A DNA stretch of 60,900 nt, the filler included, from Sphacelaria rigidula (Eukaryota), in NCBI GenBank assembly GCA_964200075.2. It is 10 parts of 10 records of this genome, joined end to end, with 100 filler letters (N's around TTAATTAATTAA, not from the genome) between each part and the next. Parts side by side here need not be neighbours in the genome. Positions count along the whole stretch, not along the records: positions 1 to 6,000 come from CAXNAA020022898.1; positions 6,101 to 12,100 come from CAXNAA020022899.1; positions 12,201 to 18,200 come from CAXNAA020022900.1; 7 more parts are not named here. One strand, given 5' to 3'. A model generated the notes under the pieces. It saw only the letters and a list, made by a program, of their open reading frames with translations, was not told where the DNA came from and ran no database searches. The translations under genes and the position numbers were made by a program. Shown here in pieces: positions 1-12,418 of this stretch. Within the stretch, counting starts at the first letter, position 1. Every line of letters starts with the position of its first letter.

Positions 1-194
1 CGAATGATCAAAGCCACTCTCAATCGTATCATCTACTCTCAATCTCACGAAAACACTGTTTTATGCAGATGTGCAAGCCGTTTCACGTCCAGGCCGAATC
101 AACAGTATGCTTCCGTTTTGTTTTGTTGACGCTCTCTCTCCATCGAAGAAGCACGGGAACATCGCACACTTCGAAATCTTGCGCACAAGCTCAC

Positions 195-3100
195 CTGCAC
201 ATAATAGCCGTCTAGTCGGACTACGCAAGAAGCATCCATATCAGCACAGGCTTCTTCACCACGCTTTGTGCTACAAGATACTGCATCAGGAGAAGGGGGC
301 GAGCAAGCAAAGGGACAAGCCATACTGCGCATGAACGACAGTTGAACCAACATGAGGCGTGGTGTCCACGGCGGTCTGTACAGCAAAATGTATCAACGGC
401 AAAGAGCTCATCTATTGAATGGTTCATGAAAGAGGGAACGCCAGCCTGGAAGGTGGCTAATTACCATCCTCGTATCCCCCATTATGGAGAGTAGCACGGC
501 ACTCACTTTTCTGAAGAATCACGATCAGCTGGGTGAGACAACGAAGAAAGCTTTTACTTGCTGAGGTTGCATCCAAGTGGATAGAGACACGCGCAGTTGT
601 ACCAAGTAGTGGGGCCGCCTCTTGCGGAGGGTGCTCTTAGTATGCGTGTCAGGTGACCTGGTTGAAATATTAATCATCTCCAACCGTGCGTACGGCCACA
701 ACGGAAAAGAATTGCCCATGATCATAACGGTATGGTCCGTGCTTAATTGCGACTAGCACTATGTAAGAGCACAAGCATGGTGATTCATGCGCTGGCCAAG
801 ACTGTCATGACTGTAGCGGCCCTATTTCTAGCAACACCTCCAAACCAGGATGTCGTTCAAGTCTCGCTGTATCACGACTTACGGCAAGTGATAATACAAA
901 CTTCCAGGGTGTTATCCATAGACGTGGGCAGTTAGTTCATAGATTATTATAGAAACATGACCCGTCCCGTTTCTGATCGTGATTTGGAAATCGCGATTTC
1001 ATTCCGGGCGAGATTATGTTACTTCAAACGGCCTCATAAATGACAATATATGCCCTTGCAAGCTGCGTCCTCTTCTTGCTCTGGCGTGAGTTGTGCAGAC
1101 GATCAACGGCGCGTGCTGGCACAGCTGTCAGGGCTGACGCATGAAACTTGTCACCGCAGAGACATCGAACGCCTCTCGAAGTACCAGCTACTAACAGCAA
1201 TTTCAGAAAACCTGAATGTCCAGAACATTTGACGCTCAGCTTATCATCTACTTTGGAAAAGTAAATTCGGGTGATCTGAGTCCGGGTGATGGGGTCGTCA
1301 GCTACACCTGCATACGAGGTACAGGTGATCTTGTTTCCGAACTGGTGAAGTACCGGAGGGAGCAAGTGTCGGATCGGCGAAGGCCATCGCGAACAAAAAG
1401 CACACCGTCAGATCCCTCGTACGACCCTCAATTTTTCGTGTTTTAAACGGGTACCATCACACCCCACTCGGGTACTTCGCGGATGGTACAAGGGTGTGGG
1501 TATTGGGACGCGATGAATGTAGCACCCATTCCGAGGACGATATAGTATTGAGGGACCACTTCTATGCATACCTAGCTGGCCCATAACAAATTCACTATTG
1601 CCGGCGTCACCTGCAACTATAGCATCTCCAAGATCCGACACACACCGTCGGATGGTGACGCGATCCAGTAAATACAGCGACAGAGAGTTGGGCCTGAGCA
1701 GGAAAACGAATGGGGTTGAAAAAGAATGTGAGCGAAGCGCCACCGTTTGCATGCATGCCTTTCACTTTAACGTTGCAAGGTGGTGGAGTGTTTTAGTTTG
1801 TCTCACCATTTATTCCCCACATTCGCGATCGTATTTAGGAGCGTCATATAGGAGCCACCGATGACTGGATCACTTATGCGAGAGAAGAAGCTCATTTGAG
1901 CCACGAACATGCAGTTTGATGCCACCTCGTGCAATATCACCGCTGAGATGAGCCACGCGAAAAACTTGGTGCTAGTGGCTCCCGGTATCATGTGCGCTTC
2001 CCTGCGGATGGTGTGCAATGAGGCGGAGGGAATATTCAGCGACAAGACGACAAGACACACATCCCGACCTAGCGTACACCAATAGCACATAAATCAGGCA
2101 GGTGCGTCAGTCGACAGGGTTTGTCCTCGTGCGAGAGTCGGAAACTACACCCGAGGCGCACTTTTCGAACATGTCAAATGATAAAAGTCATCTCAAAATA
2201 TTGGTCGAACCACCCGAACCTTCAAAGGGTGTGCCCCTACCTAGACATCGGCAGAATCCATAGGTAAAGGACCGTTACGGCAACCCTCAGCGGGTAGCCC
2301 CACAAGAAGACCGACATGGGTTTCGGCCCACCCGTGATGCGGCCAACAGCGACAGGGATAATCATTCCCATCCCCACAAGAATTGGAGACAGCATGGCGA
2401 TTTCCTCCTTCGGCATACCATACTCCACCAGCTTGAGTGTTGTAGCAGCGTCTGTGACAGCAAATGCTGTGGTGAAAGGGACCGGCGGAAGGAATACCTG
2501 GTGAACACCTTAATAATATACCAGCCGCAACAGGTCCGCAGGCCACCACTTCCGACCACTGGACCCCCCGCTGACCATGATCTAAAAAAAAAACACTAGG
2601 GATGCAGATCAGTTTGGGGAATGACGGATGGAGACATCCTGCAAAATCCATTTGGTGGAACGAACGCCTTCGCAGAGCAGTTTCCCGCGTGAAACCGGCA
2701 ACAGCAGTGAGCGGCATTGAGCCTCACGGTAGACGGACGCAGAACGGTGACTCGACTTCCAGGAGGGAACTTGGGTGCAAGCGGCTAATAGCTGTCGCTG
2801 TACGATATGCATTCATGCACGCCAGAAACAAGAACAAAACAAGACTGCACCCTTGTTCCACAACTCAACTGTCACCTGCCTGGATGCTTTGTCTAGAGTT
2901 TGCTCCTGCACTGAGCACGTGTACTTGAAAGTTTATTTGTACTGAGGCCACAACGACTGCATGCCACATCGGTACTCGCGCGAAGCGCACCACACTAGAT
3001 GACGCATTCAAAACAGGATCAGGTCACGATGTGTTCCGCGAAAAGACACGACAGGTTAACCCATTACAGTTCTCACCCATCCTGCACGTGAGGAGCACCA

Positions 3101-4575
3101 GCGCTAGAGACTGCACCGAAGGAAGACGCACGCACTTGATCAACTGCGAGGGCGTGGACGCACAGAGCGATATTTCGTGCGATCCGTTTTGAATTCTCGA
3201 AGACTTCAGCACGGGGGGGTGCATGCAAGTCGCGAACAGCTATTGGCTGTTTTTTTGTTCGACCGTGCGATTAATCAGGAACTATACTCCAAATTGGTAT
3301 TGGACATCAACTTAGACGCGTTGGTTTTTGGTTACAACATTTGCCCTCAGCGTCATGGAAGACAACCTTAAGTCGGTCTACTTCGCCGAATTTTGACATC
3401 ATAACATTGGGCAACAATGGCAGTAACCACTGTTCATATTTCGTGCCATTCGAAACCATTTCTCAATGTATTTCACCTGCTTGTACGTGTCGACTAGCCC
3501 CAGCACTTTTTCATCCACCGCGTCCTCAACCTCCGGTTTAAAGAAGCACACGAATACCGTCGTTGCTAGGAAAACTACGCCCCAAAACTGGAGGAAGGCG
3601 GAGAGAGTAACCATCCCCACATCCGATGGCTCAGTCCTGGACCATACACACGTAAAAATTGGGCGATGGATAATGTCGTGAGCGTGCAAACTTCGGTCAA
3701 GAGCAAACTTGAAACGAGATGCCAAACAATAACCAGAGCACAACATTTCTTCTCCAATCGAGGTGGAGCGCAGCCATCCGCGAAGCGTTCTCACCGGAAG
3801 TATTTGTTGCACACATCAGGGCTGTTGAAAGCCAGAAATCCCACTTGCGAAATGAAATAACCCAGGGTCTGCCCGATAGTATTGCAGGTTGACCCGTATC
3901 CAACGTTTTCACTAGAAAGCATTGTGAGGGCCCATCCGTCCACGGCGATATCCTGCGCAGGGGCAACGAGCAAAAAATGACGTTGAAAGAAGACCAGACT
4001 AGTAAGCAGAACACAAGAATAGCCACGAATTCGTGGTGTTGCTACGATCAACGACTCAACATCGTCACCTTTCAGCCAGTCCACACCTACAAGAGCGTTC
4101 ATGTGAGAAACAGCCACAACATACCTGAGTCGCCATGATGAAGTATAGCGCCAGGAAGTATACAGTTAACGTCGTAATTTGCGGGATCTCTCCATTTTCC
4201 CCGATCCAGACATCCATGACACCTCGAGCCCATAGCATCATCACCCCGCACAGAAGTTGGGCGGGTACTAGCCAAGACTTCCGACGACCAAAAGAAGGCG
4301 AGTATACAGAATCAACCTGACAGGGCAAAGGGTTCAACGGTGTTTGGAGTCATCGACATCTCAGCTCTATACATGTATGAGACTCTCCCATAAACGAGGA
4401 CGTCTCCATGATGAGATTCATTTTTCTTTCGACAGACTAGCTTGGCCTTGCCAACTTGTCAAGCAGAGGAAACACACGCTTCGCTAAACTATCGCCGTAC
4501 CAAAGGGGCCCAGAGGAGCTTGAGGCTAAAGGGCAGCGAAACCAAGCTGAAGAGCGCCTGGTCCGAGTACTCCAC
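195..4575 (-). CDS. SLC33A1: Acetyl-CoA transporter 1 (AT-1/SLC33A1 family, MFS), partial multi-exon gene; first and last exons not found
   Basis: Nine exons with GT-AG ends and consistent phases: 4575-4501, 4316-4125, 3952-3795, 3636-3477, 3143-3077, 2466-2241, 2001-1807, 1693-1611, 280-195. The spliced peptide carries AT-1 motifs: PFSLKLLWAPLVDS..FGRRKSWLVP, MATQDIAVDGWALTMLS..NVGYGSTCNTIGQTLGYF, DAATTLKLVEYGMPKE, MFVAQMSFFSRISDPVIGGSYMTLLNTIANVGNKWP, LDGYYVQ. Confidence 0.95.
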
Positions 4576-5294
4576 CTGGCACAGTTTGCGAGTGGCAACA
4601 ACCCAAGGGGGAGATAAGCACAAGTCAGTTGCACGCCTTTCGTAGATGAACCACGAGTTCAAGGTTGACTATGAGTATTACACCAAATAGACCAATATAT
4701 ATATGCAGGATGAGCCATTCACCACCTTCTCGTGAACGTACTCTCTTGGTCATGTTGGTGCGTTGAGTCAGTTCCTGCCTGTCGGCACGACGAAAACCTA
4801 GAACCGTCCCAGTGCAACCGTGTCAGTTAGCCTGCTGAAAGACACGGTACAATACGGTGCAGCGTACTACGAGGGAGAGAGCACTCTCGTGCTGTACGGT
4901 GCGCGCCGTATAGGACTACATTCAAGTGCAACCCCATCCTAATCCGGTCACATATAGGTAGTAACCGTGGGGGTGTTATCACAGTGCGGTGAGTCGCTAA
5001 GCCGGTTTGTCCACCCTTTGGTGAGACCCCGCACTGAACAGGTATAGTGTGGTAACACACTGGTGAAGGCGAACGAGATGTACGGTGCGGGGCAGCGTTT
5101 ACGAAGATACGACCGAAAAAAGGAAATACTTGAAACTGTGGATGGATTCAAGAGCAGATCGTTTGTTGCCCTGTGAACTGGTCGCTGCCCTCCCTCTTTC
5201 GGTCCATGGGATCAATCACAGGGGAGGAAGCACTTGCTCGTCAAACGGCGTACACTACAGGCTGGTTCACGCTCATCACCCAAGAAACACTCAT

Positions 5295-5955
5295 CGGCAA
5301 AACCTCACGCCGTTTTATGGAGTTAGACCCTGAAGTTTTGCACGAATGTTCTATGGGTAATTACGAAACTATGCGGGAACATTTGTTCTTCTTTTTCACC
5401 ATTTTTCGGGGGTCCCAGTGTTTTGGGGAAACCTCGACCCAATCGGACCCCAGTAAAACGGTAACAACAAAAAACGTTTCTCCAGAGTTGCGTAATGTCC
5501 CAAAGCACAGTTGTGCAAATTTCAGGGCCTAACTCCTTGAAATGGCGTGAGGTTTTTGGCCTTTGTGCGATGAACTTTGCCGTACCGCGGTGAAACCGCA
5601 AACTACTTGATTTTAGCACCACAACGGCGTTTTTGGGTCTTCTTTGACGTGAACATGGAAATTCAAGCATCAGTCGATCGAGTTTTGCGACGAAAATTTG
5701 TGGAGCCCATCCTTGGGTTATGCGGAGGCAGATAGTTCGCGAAAAAATGAAAAAAAATCGTAGTGCCGTTTTTCTGGGGTCCAGAATGGAGACTACTTTG
5801 AAAAACGACTTCGATCTCGTCGGACCCCCGAAAAACGGTGAAAAACTCAAGAAGTACAAAAAACATCGTCCATAGAAATTCGCGTAATGATACATAGCAT
5901 ATTTATCCAAAGTTTCAGGATCTAACTCCCAGTGACAGCGTGAAAGTTTGCACGG
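5295..5955. mobile_element. Foldback/MITE-like element with long inverted repeats
   Basis: 5297-5343 (caaaacctcacgcc..ggagttagaccctgaagttttgcac) is inverted at 5513-5558 and again at about 5905-5950. 5385-5415 (ttttcaccatttttcgggggtcc) is inverted at 5822-5850. No coding signal. Confidence 0.6.
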
Positions 5956-6100
5956 TTAGGACAAATCATCACGACTCAAAATCACCAAATTCACGATTTC
6001 NNNNNNNNNNNNNNNNNNNNNNNNNNNNNNNNNNNNNNNNNNNNTTAATTAATTAANNNNNNNNNNNNNNNNNNNNNNNNNNNNNNNNNNNNNNNNNNNN

Positions 6101-6222
6101 ACGGGTCTGAAAAACACACTTCGAGCGAATCGTTTGCTCAAAAGCTGTAGAAAAACAAGCATTTATTTTGGGAAAAATCTCAGCTGTAAATCCTCAGTTT
6201 TCCATCAACGGTTTCAAAAGGG
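6101..6222. mobile_element. Right end of a piggyBac-like (TTAA) element, truncated by the piece boundary
   Basis: Ends ...ttttccatc..ttcaaaaggg|TTAA and aligns with the right end of the complete element at 46277-46403 (acgggtctgaaaaa...ttttccatc..ttccaaaaggg|TTAA). Confidence 0.7.
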
Positions 6223-9200
6223 TTAACACCTGTGCAATGAAGTGCAACAGCCAAGCAATATACCTGAAAGTAAAATCAAAGAAGTATCCAACACGTCTAG
6301 AACGCAGCTGGGCGCTTGCTTGTTCAACTCCGTGAATCGTATGCCTCGCACACCTCTTCTTCGTGAATGCTTCACCGCCCACTCAACTCATAAGCATACT
6401 AAAAAAAAGAAGCCATGGCTGAAACCGCTTTTCAAGCCATGTATACCAATCCAACAACGGCAAACGGACCTCGACCTCCGCCATGATTGATAACCCGTAG
6501 TGATATTGTTCTCAAGCTCGTTTCTACCGAGTACACCCCAGGAAGCACCCAGATGTATTACCCCAACTTGCAGTCAGGACCGTCATATCCCATCGGTCGA
6601 TCAACCGCGACGTAAAATGCAGTTCATATCCCACCAGACTTGCACCTCACCTGCACCGCTTCCTGAGACAAACGGACACTCCATCCACATGATCCTTCCA
6701 GACGAAAATGAAATATTCCCTCAAAAGAAGTTCCATAGCCAAAGATCAGTCATCTTCAGCCACAAAAACACTCGCGTTTTCCTTGCGCAGATACGAGCCT
6801 ACGCATTTCGTAGTTACTGCTCATTGTAACGTCAACAGCAGCAATCACCATCTCCTACAGTCAGGACCCACACACCGCACAAAAAGAACTCCGCCGCGGG
6901 TCTGTGTGAGCAGGAATATACGAGGTTCACCTTATCCAGCATACAGTAGTATATCGAGATTTCCTCACCCTGACTCTTCGCCAGTTACCATGCGCAGTAA
7001 CATAATATGGCGGAAATTCCACACATGCATGCAAGCATTTCACCAAGCACATGCAGTGCGACCTTTCTCCTAGTAAACACCATGCATCGCACCTATGACA
7101 ACCTCGGCCCACACATCGCCGACAGCCTCGGGGCACTGCATTTTTGTTGGGCGCGCTATTTGGCTCATCAGCGGCTGCTGTAGCCGCGGCGCGCCGGCCA
7201 GCCGCTGACGATAGTTTCTGTGTGGTGGGACAAGGTTTGTGAGGCTTTTCCGAGCCAGAACCGCCACTACCCGCTGCGGCGGCCGCAGCCGCGGCGCGCC
7301 GGCCAGCCGCTGACGACAGTTTCTGTGTGTTTGGCACAATCAGGTGCTTGATCCTGAGCCTTGCCACGTTAAAATTTCAAATAATGTAAAACAATGCCAG
7401 CTGCCTCCCAAGCACAGAAACTACAACTCTGCCCGTACACCAAGACGAGCGTTGTCACCACACAATGGCGACCACAGCACCTCTTTCCACGCAGCTCTCA
7501 CCACATTTTGAAGTCCTTCGTAGACTCCTCTTCTTGAACGCGGCTGACCAACCTTAAACCAGCCCTCTTGCAATTTTCCCATCTGAGGTAGTCATTGGGC
7601 CGCGTTTTTCGCTGGCAGGCTCTCCGGGCAACCCAGCTGGATCAAGCGATACCAAAACGCACCCTAGCACTACCTCAGAACCTTCTCAGCTCTACTCCTG
7701 CCATCCTCCTGCGCGCTGCCGTCCTTCCAAAAGGCTCCTTCCCTTCAGTTGCCTTGGCTTATATGACCAGCGCCTCTCTTTCCGCCGCTTCCTCCCCGCC
7801 TGTTTTTCAACGTGAGCGTCCCCCGTTTTACACACTGTGGGGCGCGACTTCGAAAACCTAATCCAGAAATGACAAGTTTCCTGAATAAACGTTTATTGTG
7901 AACCTGCCTGGAATCAGTACAAGATTACAGTGCTGCTCCAGAGGCTTCCTCCCTGTCACGGGCTCCAGAGACTTCAAGACTTCAAGCAGTTATACACAAA
8001 CAGCAGTCTTCGTTAACCAGAAGTAACCTTGCACCTCGTGTGCAAACATCATACATCACGGGGTCCACCGATCATACTCTCGGACCCGTTATCCATCAAC
8101 TAGACTATAAACGCCTGCTATGCATTCTCTCCACTGCAGTCATGTACCGAATCACGGTAGCAATGTTGCCCGGAGTCTACAAGTTCCGCCAGTCGCGCAG
8201 GCAAGTACTTGAACACCTGTGTTTGCGGTTGACGCTTGTGCATGTGCAGATATGCATATGAACTTGAAGATTCTTGGTTCAAGATCGTCGAAGAATTCAT
8301 TATAATTGTTTGCTCGTCGGGTTAGTGACTCCTCCACCGAAGTCGTTCATCACAAGCAATGGCTCGAGTGCTCGCCCAATTAATATTTTCCAGGAAGAGC
8401 AATGACTCGAGTGCTCGCCCTTTTTTCCACAATGAGAAATGACTCGAGTGCTCGCCCTATAATTTGTTTCCACAACGAGCAATGACTCGAGTGCTCGCCC
8501 TACAATTTGTTTCCACAACGAGCAATGACTCGAGTGCTCGCCCTATTCATTTGTTTCCACAACAGGCAATGACTCGAGTGCTCGCCCTATTCATTTTTTT
8601 CCCAAAGAGCAAGGACTCGAGTGCTCGCCCTACTAGTTTTTTCCACAACAAGCGATGACTCGAGTGCTCGCCCTATTAATTTTTTCCACAACGAGCAATG
8701 ACTCGAGTGCTCGCCTTATTCATTTTTACGGCCAACGAGCAGCCCAACGATTGCGAGTGCCACGAGTCACACTCGTGCTCGTCCGACGTACGGAAGCTTT
8801 CACGAAGAAGAGGTGTGCGATACATATGTTGTACACGAAATTGAACAAGCAAGATACCAGCTGCGTTCTAGACGTGTTGAATACTTATTTGACTTTGGTT
8901 TCAGGTATATTGCTTGGCTGTTGCACTCCGTTGCACAGGTATTGAACGCACGAACGAGCATTTAGTAGGTTGAACGGAATCGAATGCGAGAGAAGAATTG
9001 TCACGATGGCTTAATGATTTAAAGTTCGTTGACGTTTAAGTTTTCTTTGCCGGTTTGGAGTACACGACACTTGTTTGAGGCATGGGTTTGAGAAGTGGGC
9101 GTCAGATATCGCTCCGTGACTCGGAGCGATGCAAGTAGCGTGATTACGTGTTCATGATGGACGTTTTGGATCTCTTGCGAGTTGTTCCGAAATTGGACAA

Positions 9201-12000
9201 GCTTGTATGGCTGTTATCGCATACTGCGGTAGGGATAGCCATTCTATGTGAAAAATGACGGCCGACTTCGGCAACAATAATGTCTGAGTTTATTAAGCTC
9301 TACGTTGACTACTTGTTGGTAGTAAGCGAGCTCTGGGGGTGCTGTAGACTCCGGGCTTCATTGTTACCGTGGTTAGGTACATGACTGCAGTGGAGAGAAT
9401 GCATAGCAGGCGTTTATCGTCTGGTTGATGGATAATGGGACTGAGAGTATGATCGGTGGACTCCGTGATGTATGATGTTTGCACACTAGGTGCGCCAGTC
9501 ACTTCTGGTTAACTGAGACGTGCTGTTTGTATAACTGCTTGAGTCGTAAAGTCTCTGGAGCCCGTGACAGGGAGGAAGCCTCGGGAGCAGCACTGTGACC
9601 TTCTGATTTCAGACAAGTCTATAGACTGCAAACAACACATCAAACGAACTGCAATCGTACCCAGACTATTCAAAAACGTAGTCTTTTTGGTGCTCATCAC
9701 TGCCAAGCTCAACAAGCACATCCTCAATCACAATGGCACTTCTCCTCAGCATCATCCAACTCGGCGCTCACCACCAGCAAGCACCTCAACTAGTACCTTC
9801 CGTGTAGTCCTCCAGCCCACTGCAGAGAAGGACCCGCAGGTAGATAACAAAATCATGCACACCATAGCCCAGCGTGTCCATTCGAACTTTCGCTCCGCGT
9901 ACCATCAGGCCAGTAACAGGTAGCACCCCACAGTGCCCCTCAGCGCGCCACCAAACGGTATATCCACACCGCCAAACCAATGCGACAAATCCCCTGCCCC
10001 CACAGTGCATCCACGAACGCTCGTTCCTCAGTTATTTCTTCAGAGGAAACGAGAGGCGGAGCGGGAACAGCCATACAGTCCAGCACAGCAACACCTCCCG
10101 ATGGCATCACACTATCCTCCTCAAGCACTTGACCGTACAGCGGCAGAGACACCTCAATCAACGTCGCCAAACACGCCAAACGTGCCCATACCAACAGCAA
10201 TGCATGCGATCACTCCAGCACTACGCAACACTCGACGTCACCGTAGGAGTTGTGATCGGTACTAACATCACGCGCCTGGAGCTCGCTCTGCCTACCCGCT
10301 TCACGCGGATCACACGCCGGTGCTGGTTCAAGCGTGCACAGCGTGGCCACAGCTTCGCGCTGCTCCGATGGCATCTGCTCAAATGCGACATCCAGCTCTC
10401 CTTGGAGCATTCACGTCTCCGAATAATTTGAACGACCTCCCGCCATATCGTTGGCTCAGACAAATTTGCCATGAGCATGGCGACTTTCAAGCTCGCTGTG
10501 CCCTATCGCATTACACGACTAATATCCCCCTGCAGCTTCGAGCATGCAAGCCGTGTCCTCAACTACACGCTGGTCATCGACCGCAAGTCTATCACGCGGA
10601 TCTATATCCGCCAACCTCAAACCCGCCTCTCCTCGAGGCAGAGATTCCTGCGGAGCAGTACTGTCTCCCGCCGTATTACCGTGGCAGACAGGATCGCCAT
10701 CAGCATCGCGAGCTTCGGGCTCGCGCTGCCCTCTAGTATCATCGCATATATGACAACCTCGACCCCAAGATTGCCAACAGACTCGGGCTCCAGGCTAGCG
10801 TCGCGCTCTAGTATCATCGTACATATGACACCTTCGGCCCCAACAGTGCCAAGAATCTCGGGTCAATATACTTTTGTCGTGGGCGGCTTTGTCTACCACC
10901 GGATACACAGTTCCAGCGCGCCGGCTAGTCGCCGTCAGGAGTTTCTTCGTATCTTGCAAGTCCACCTTCTTGTTCTTGAGCTGTGGCATGTCCAATTCGT
11001 CTTTCAGCTGCCTGCCGATTTAAAGAACAGCAATTCCGCCCGTACACCAAGACGAGCTTTGTCAGCATACTATGGTGATCATAATATCTCTTTTTCACGC
11101 AGTTACCACGTTTTGAAGTCTTTTGATGTCTCCTTGCCTGGTGTCATCTTCAATTGCTTCCCGCACCTGTTCGCCATCGCGTCTTCACTCCTGGTATTCA
11201 ACGAGCGACCTCGCTTTTTTGCAGGATTCAGCGACTCCGTTCAGAAATATCAACTTACCCGAATACTCCAGGAATAGCCCATGACCTGGTATCATGCGAA
11301 TGTCATATCCATATCACCTCCCCGAAGACACCTCATCATACACCTGCACGTATACGGGACGTGGACTACTTTACAGAGATTCGCCATGAACATCGCGAAC
11401 CCCAAGCTCGCTCTGCTCTCTCGCACTACGCGACTAACTCACCCATGCTGCTTCAAGCATCCACAGTCACACGCTGCTCGGGCGCCAACTCTGCCAACCC
11501 GGCATCCGCCTCTCCTTCAAGAAGACGCCCCTGCGAATCATCTAAACGACCTGGTCTCCCGCCATATCGTGGGCGTAGGAAGATTCACCATGGGCATGGT
11601 GTGCTCCGATCTCGCTCTGCTCGCTCGCATTACTCGAACAACCCACTCCTGCAGTTTCGCCCTTTTCAACAGCGGTGTCAGCGGCTGCCAAATCAGCACC
11701 GACTACTTTATTCTCATAGCTCACGCTGTTCCGTGCGTCCCTTTATACAGACGCATCCTGTGCCACCTTCGTGCCCTTCAAAGTGACGCCGCATTGTGGC
11801 TTCATGTAGACTTGTCTGGGATCAGAACAAGGTCGCAGTGCTGCTCCAGGGGTTTCCTCCCTATCAAGGGCTCCAGAGACTTCAAAACTCGAAGATTTAC
11901 ACGAACAGCTGTCTTCTTTAAACCAGAAGTGACCCTTGTTTTGCTCTCCCTTCAAACACAGTATGTTCGGCTTTAAAATATCATCCTCCAACCCGATGTC
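6223..12000. repeat. Cluster of rearranged copies of an unclassified interspersed repeat
   Basis: 6222-6370 is inverted at 8795-8947. 7925-8180 is inverted at 9345-9600 and partly repeated directly at 11836-11935. 7345-7530 resembles 10960-11130. A ~200-225-bp internal unit recurs at about 10464, 10690, 11379 and 11582. Confidence 0.7.
8354..8735. repeat. Tandem array of 9 units of ~43 bp with palindromic core GAGCAATGACTCGAGTGCTCGCCC
   Basis: Unit starts at about 8354, 8397, 8434, 8477, 8520, 8564, 8607, 8650, 8693. The intervening segments are variants of TAWWNATTTGTTTCCACAAC. Confidence 0.95.
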
Positions 12001-12418
12001 ACAAGATCCAACCTGACATTCACCTGTACTTTCTCTGCAGCACCTCCAAGCTAGGTTCTACTGAGAGTCATCCTACGATAGGGGGGGGGGCTATTTGGTT
12101 NNNNNNNNNNNNNNNNNNNNNNNNNNNNNNNNNNNNNNNNNNNNTTAATTAATTAANNNNNNNNNNNNNNNNNNNNNNNNNNNNNNNNNNNNNNNNNNNN
12201 GCCTCGCTGTGATTGGGTAGGGCGCTCAAAGACTTATTTTTTATTATTCCACTAACACAGGGTCAACCCTGTGTTAGTGGGGGTCCGGTCCCAAAAGAGT
12301 TAATGCATCTCCCCGAAAATGACTTATCCAGAACTCTCGTATGCTTGAATTCCGATCCTTTCTCCCTTATCCTGTATTGTTTGTGACCGTATCTTTCAAC
12401 CAATGCTTATGCGTGCAG

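Noticed and set aside
6001..6100. N runs with TTAATTAATTAA every 6,100 nt
   Set aside because: Artificial joiners. ORFs that cross them and any apparent neighbourhood between pieces are meaningless.
8354..8735. CRISPR array call
   Set aside because: The spacers are near-identical variants of one T-rich sequence, the context is eukaryotic, and there is no cas gene or leader.
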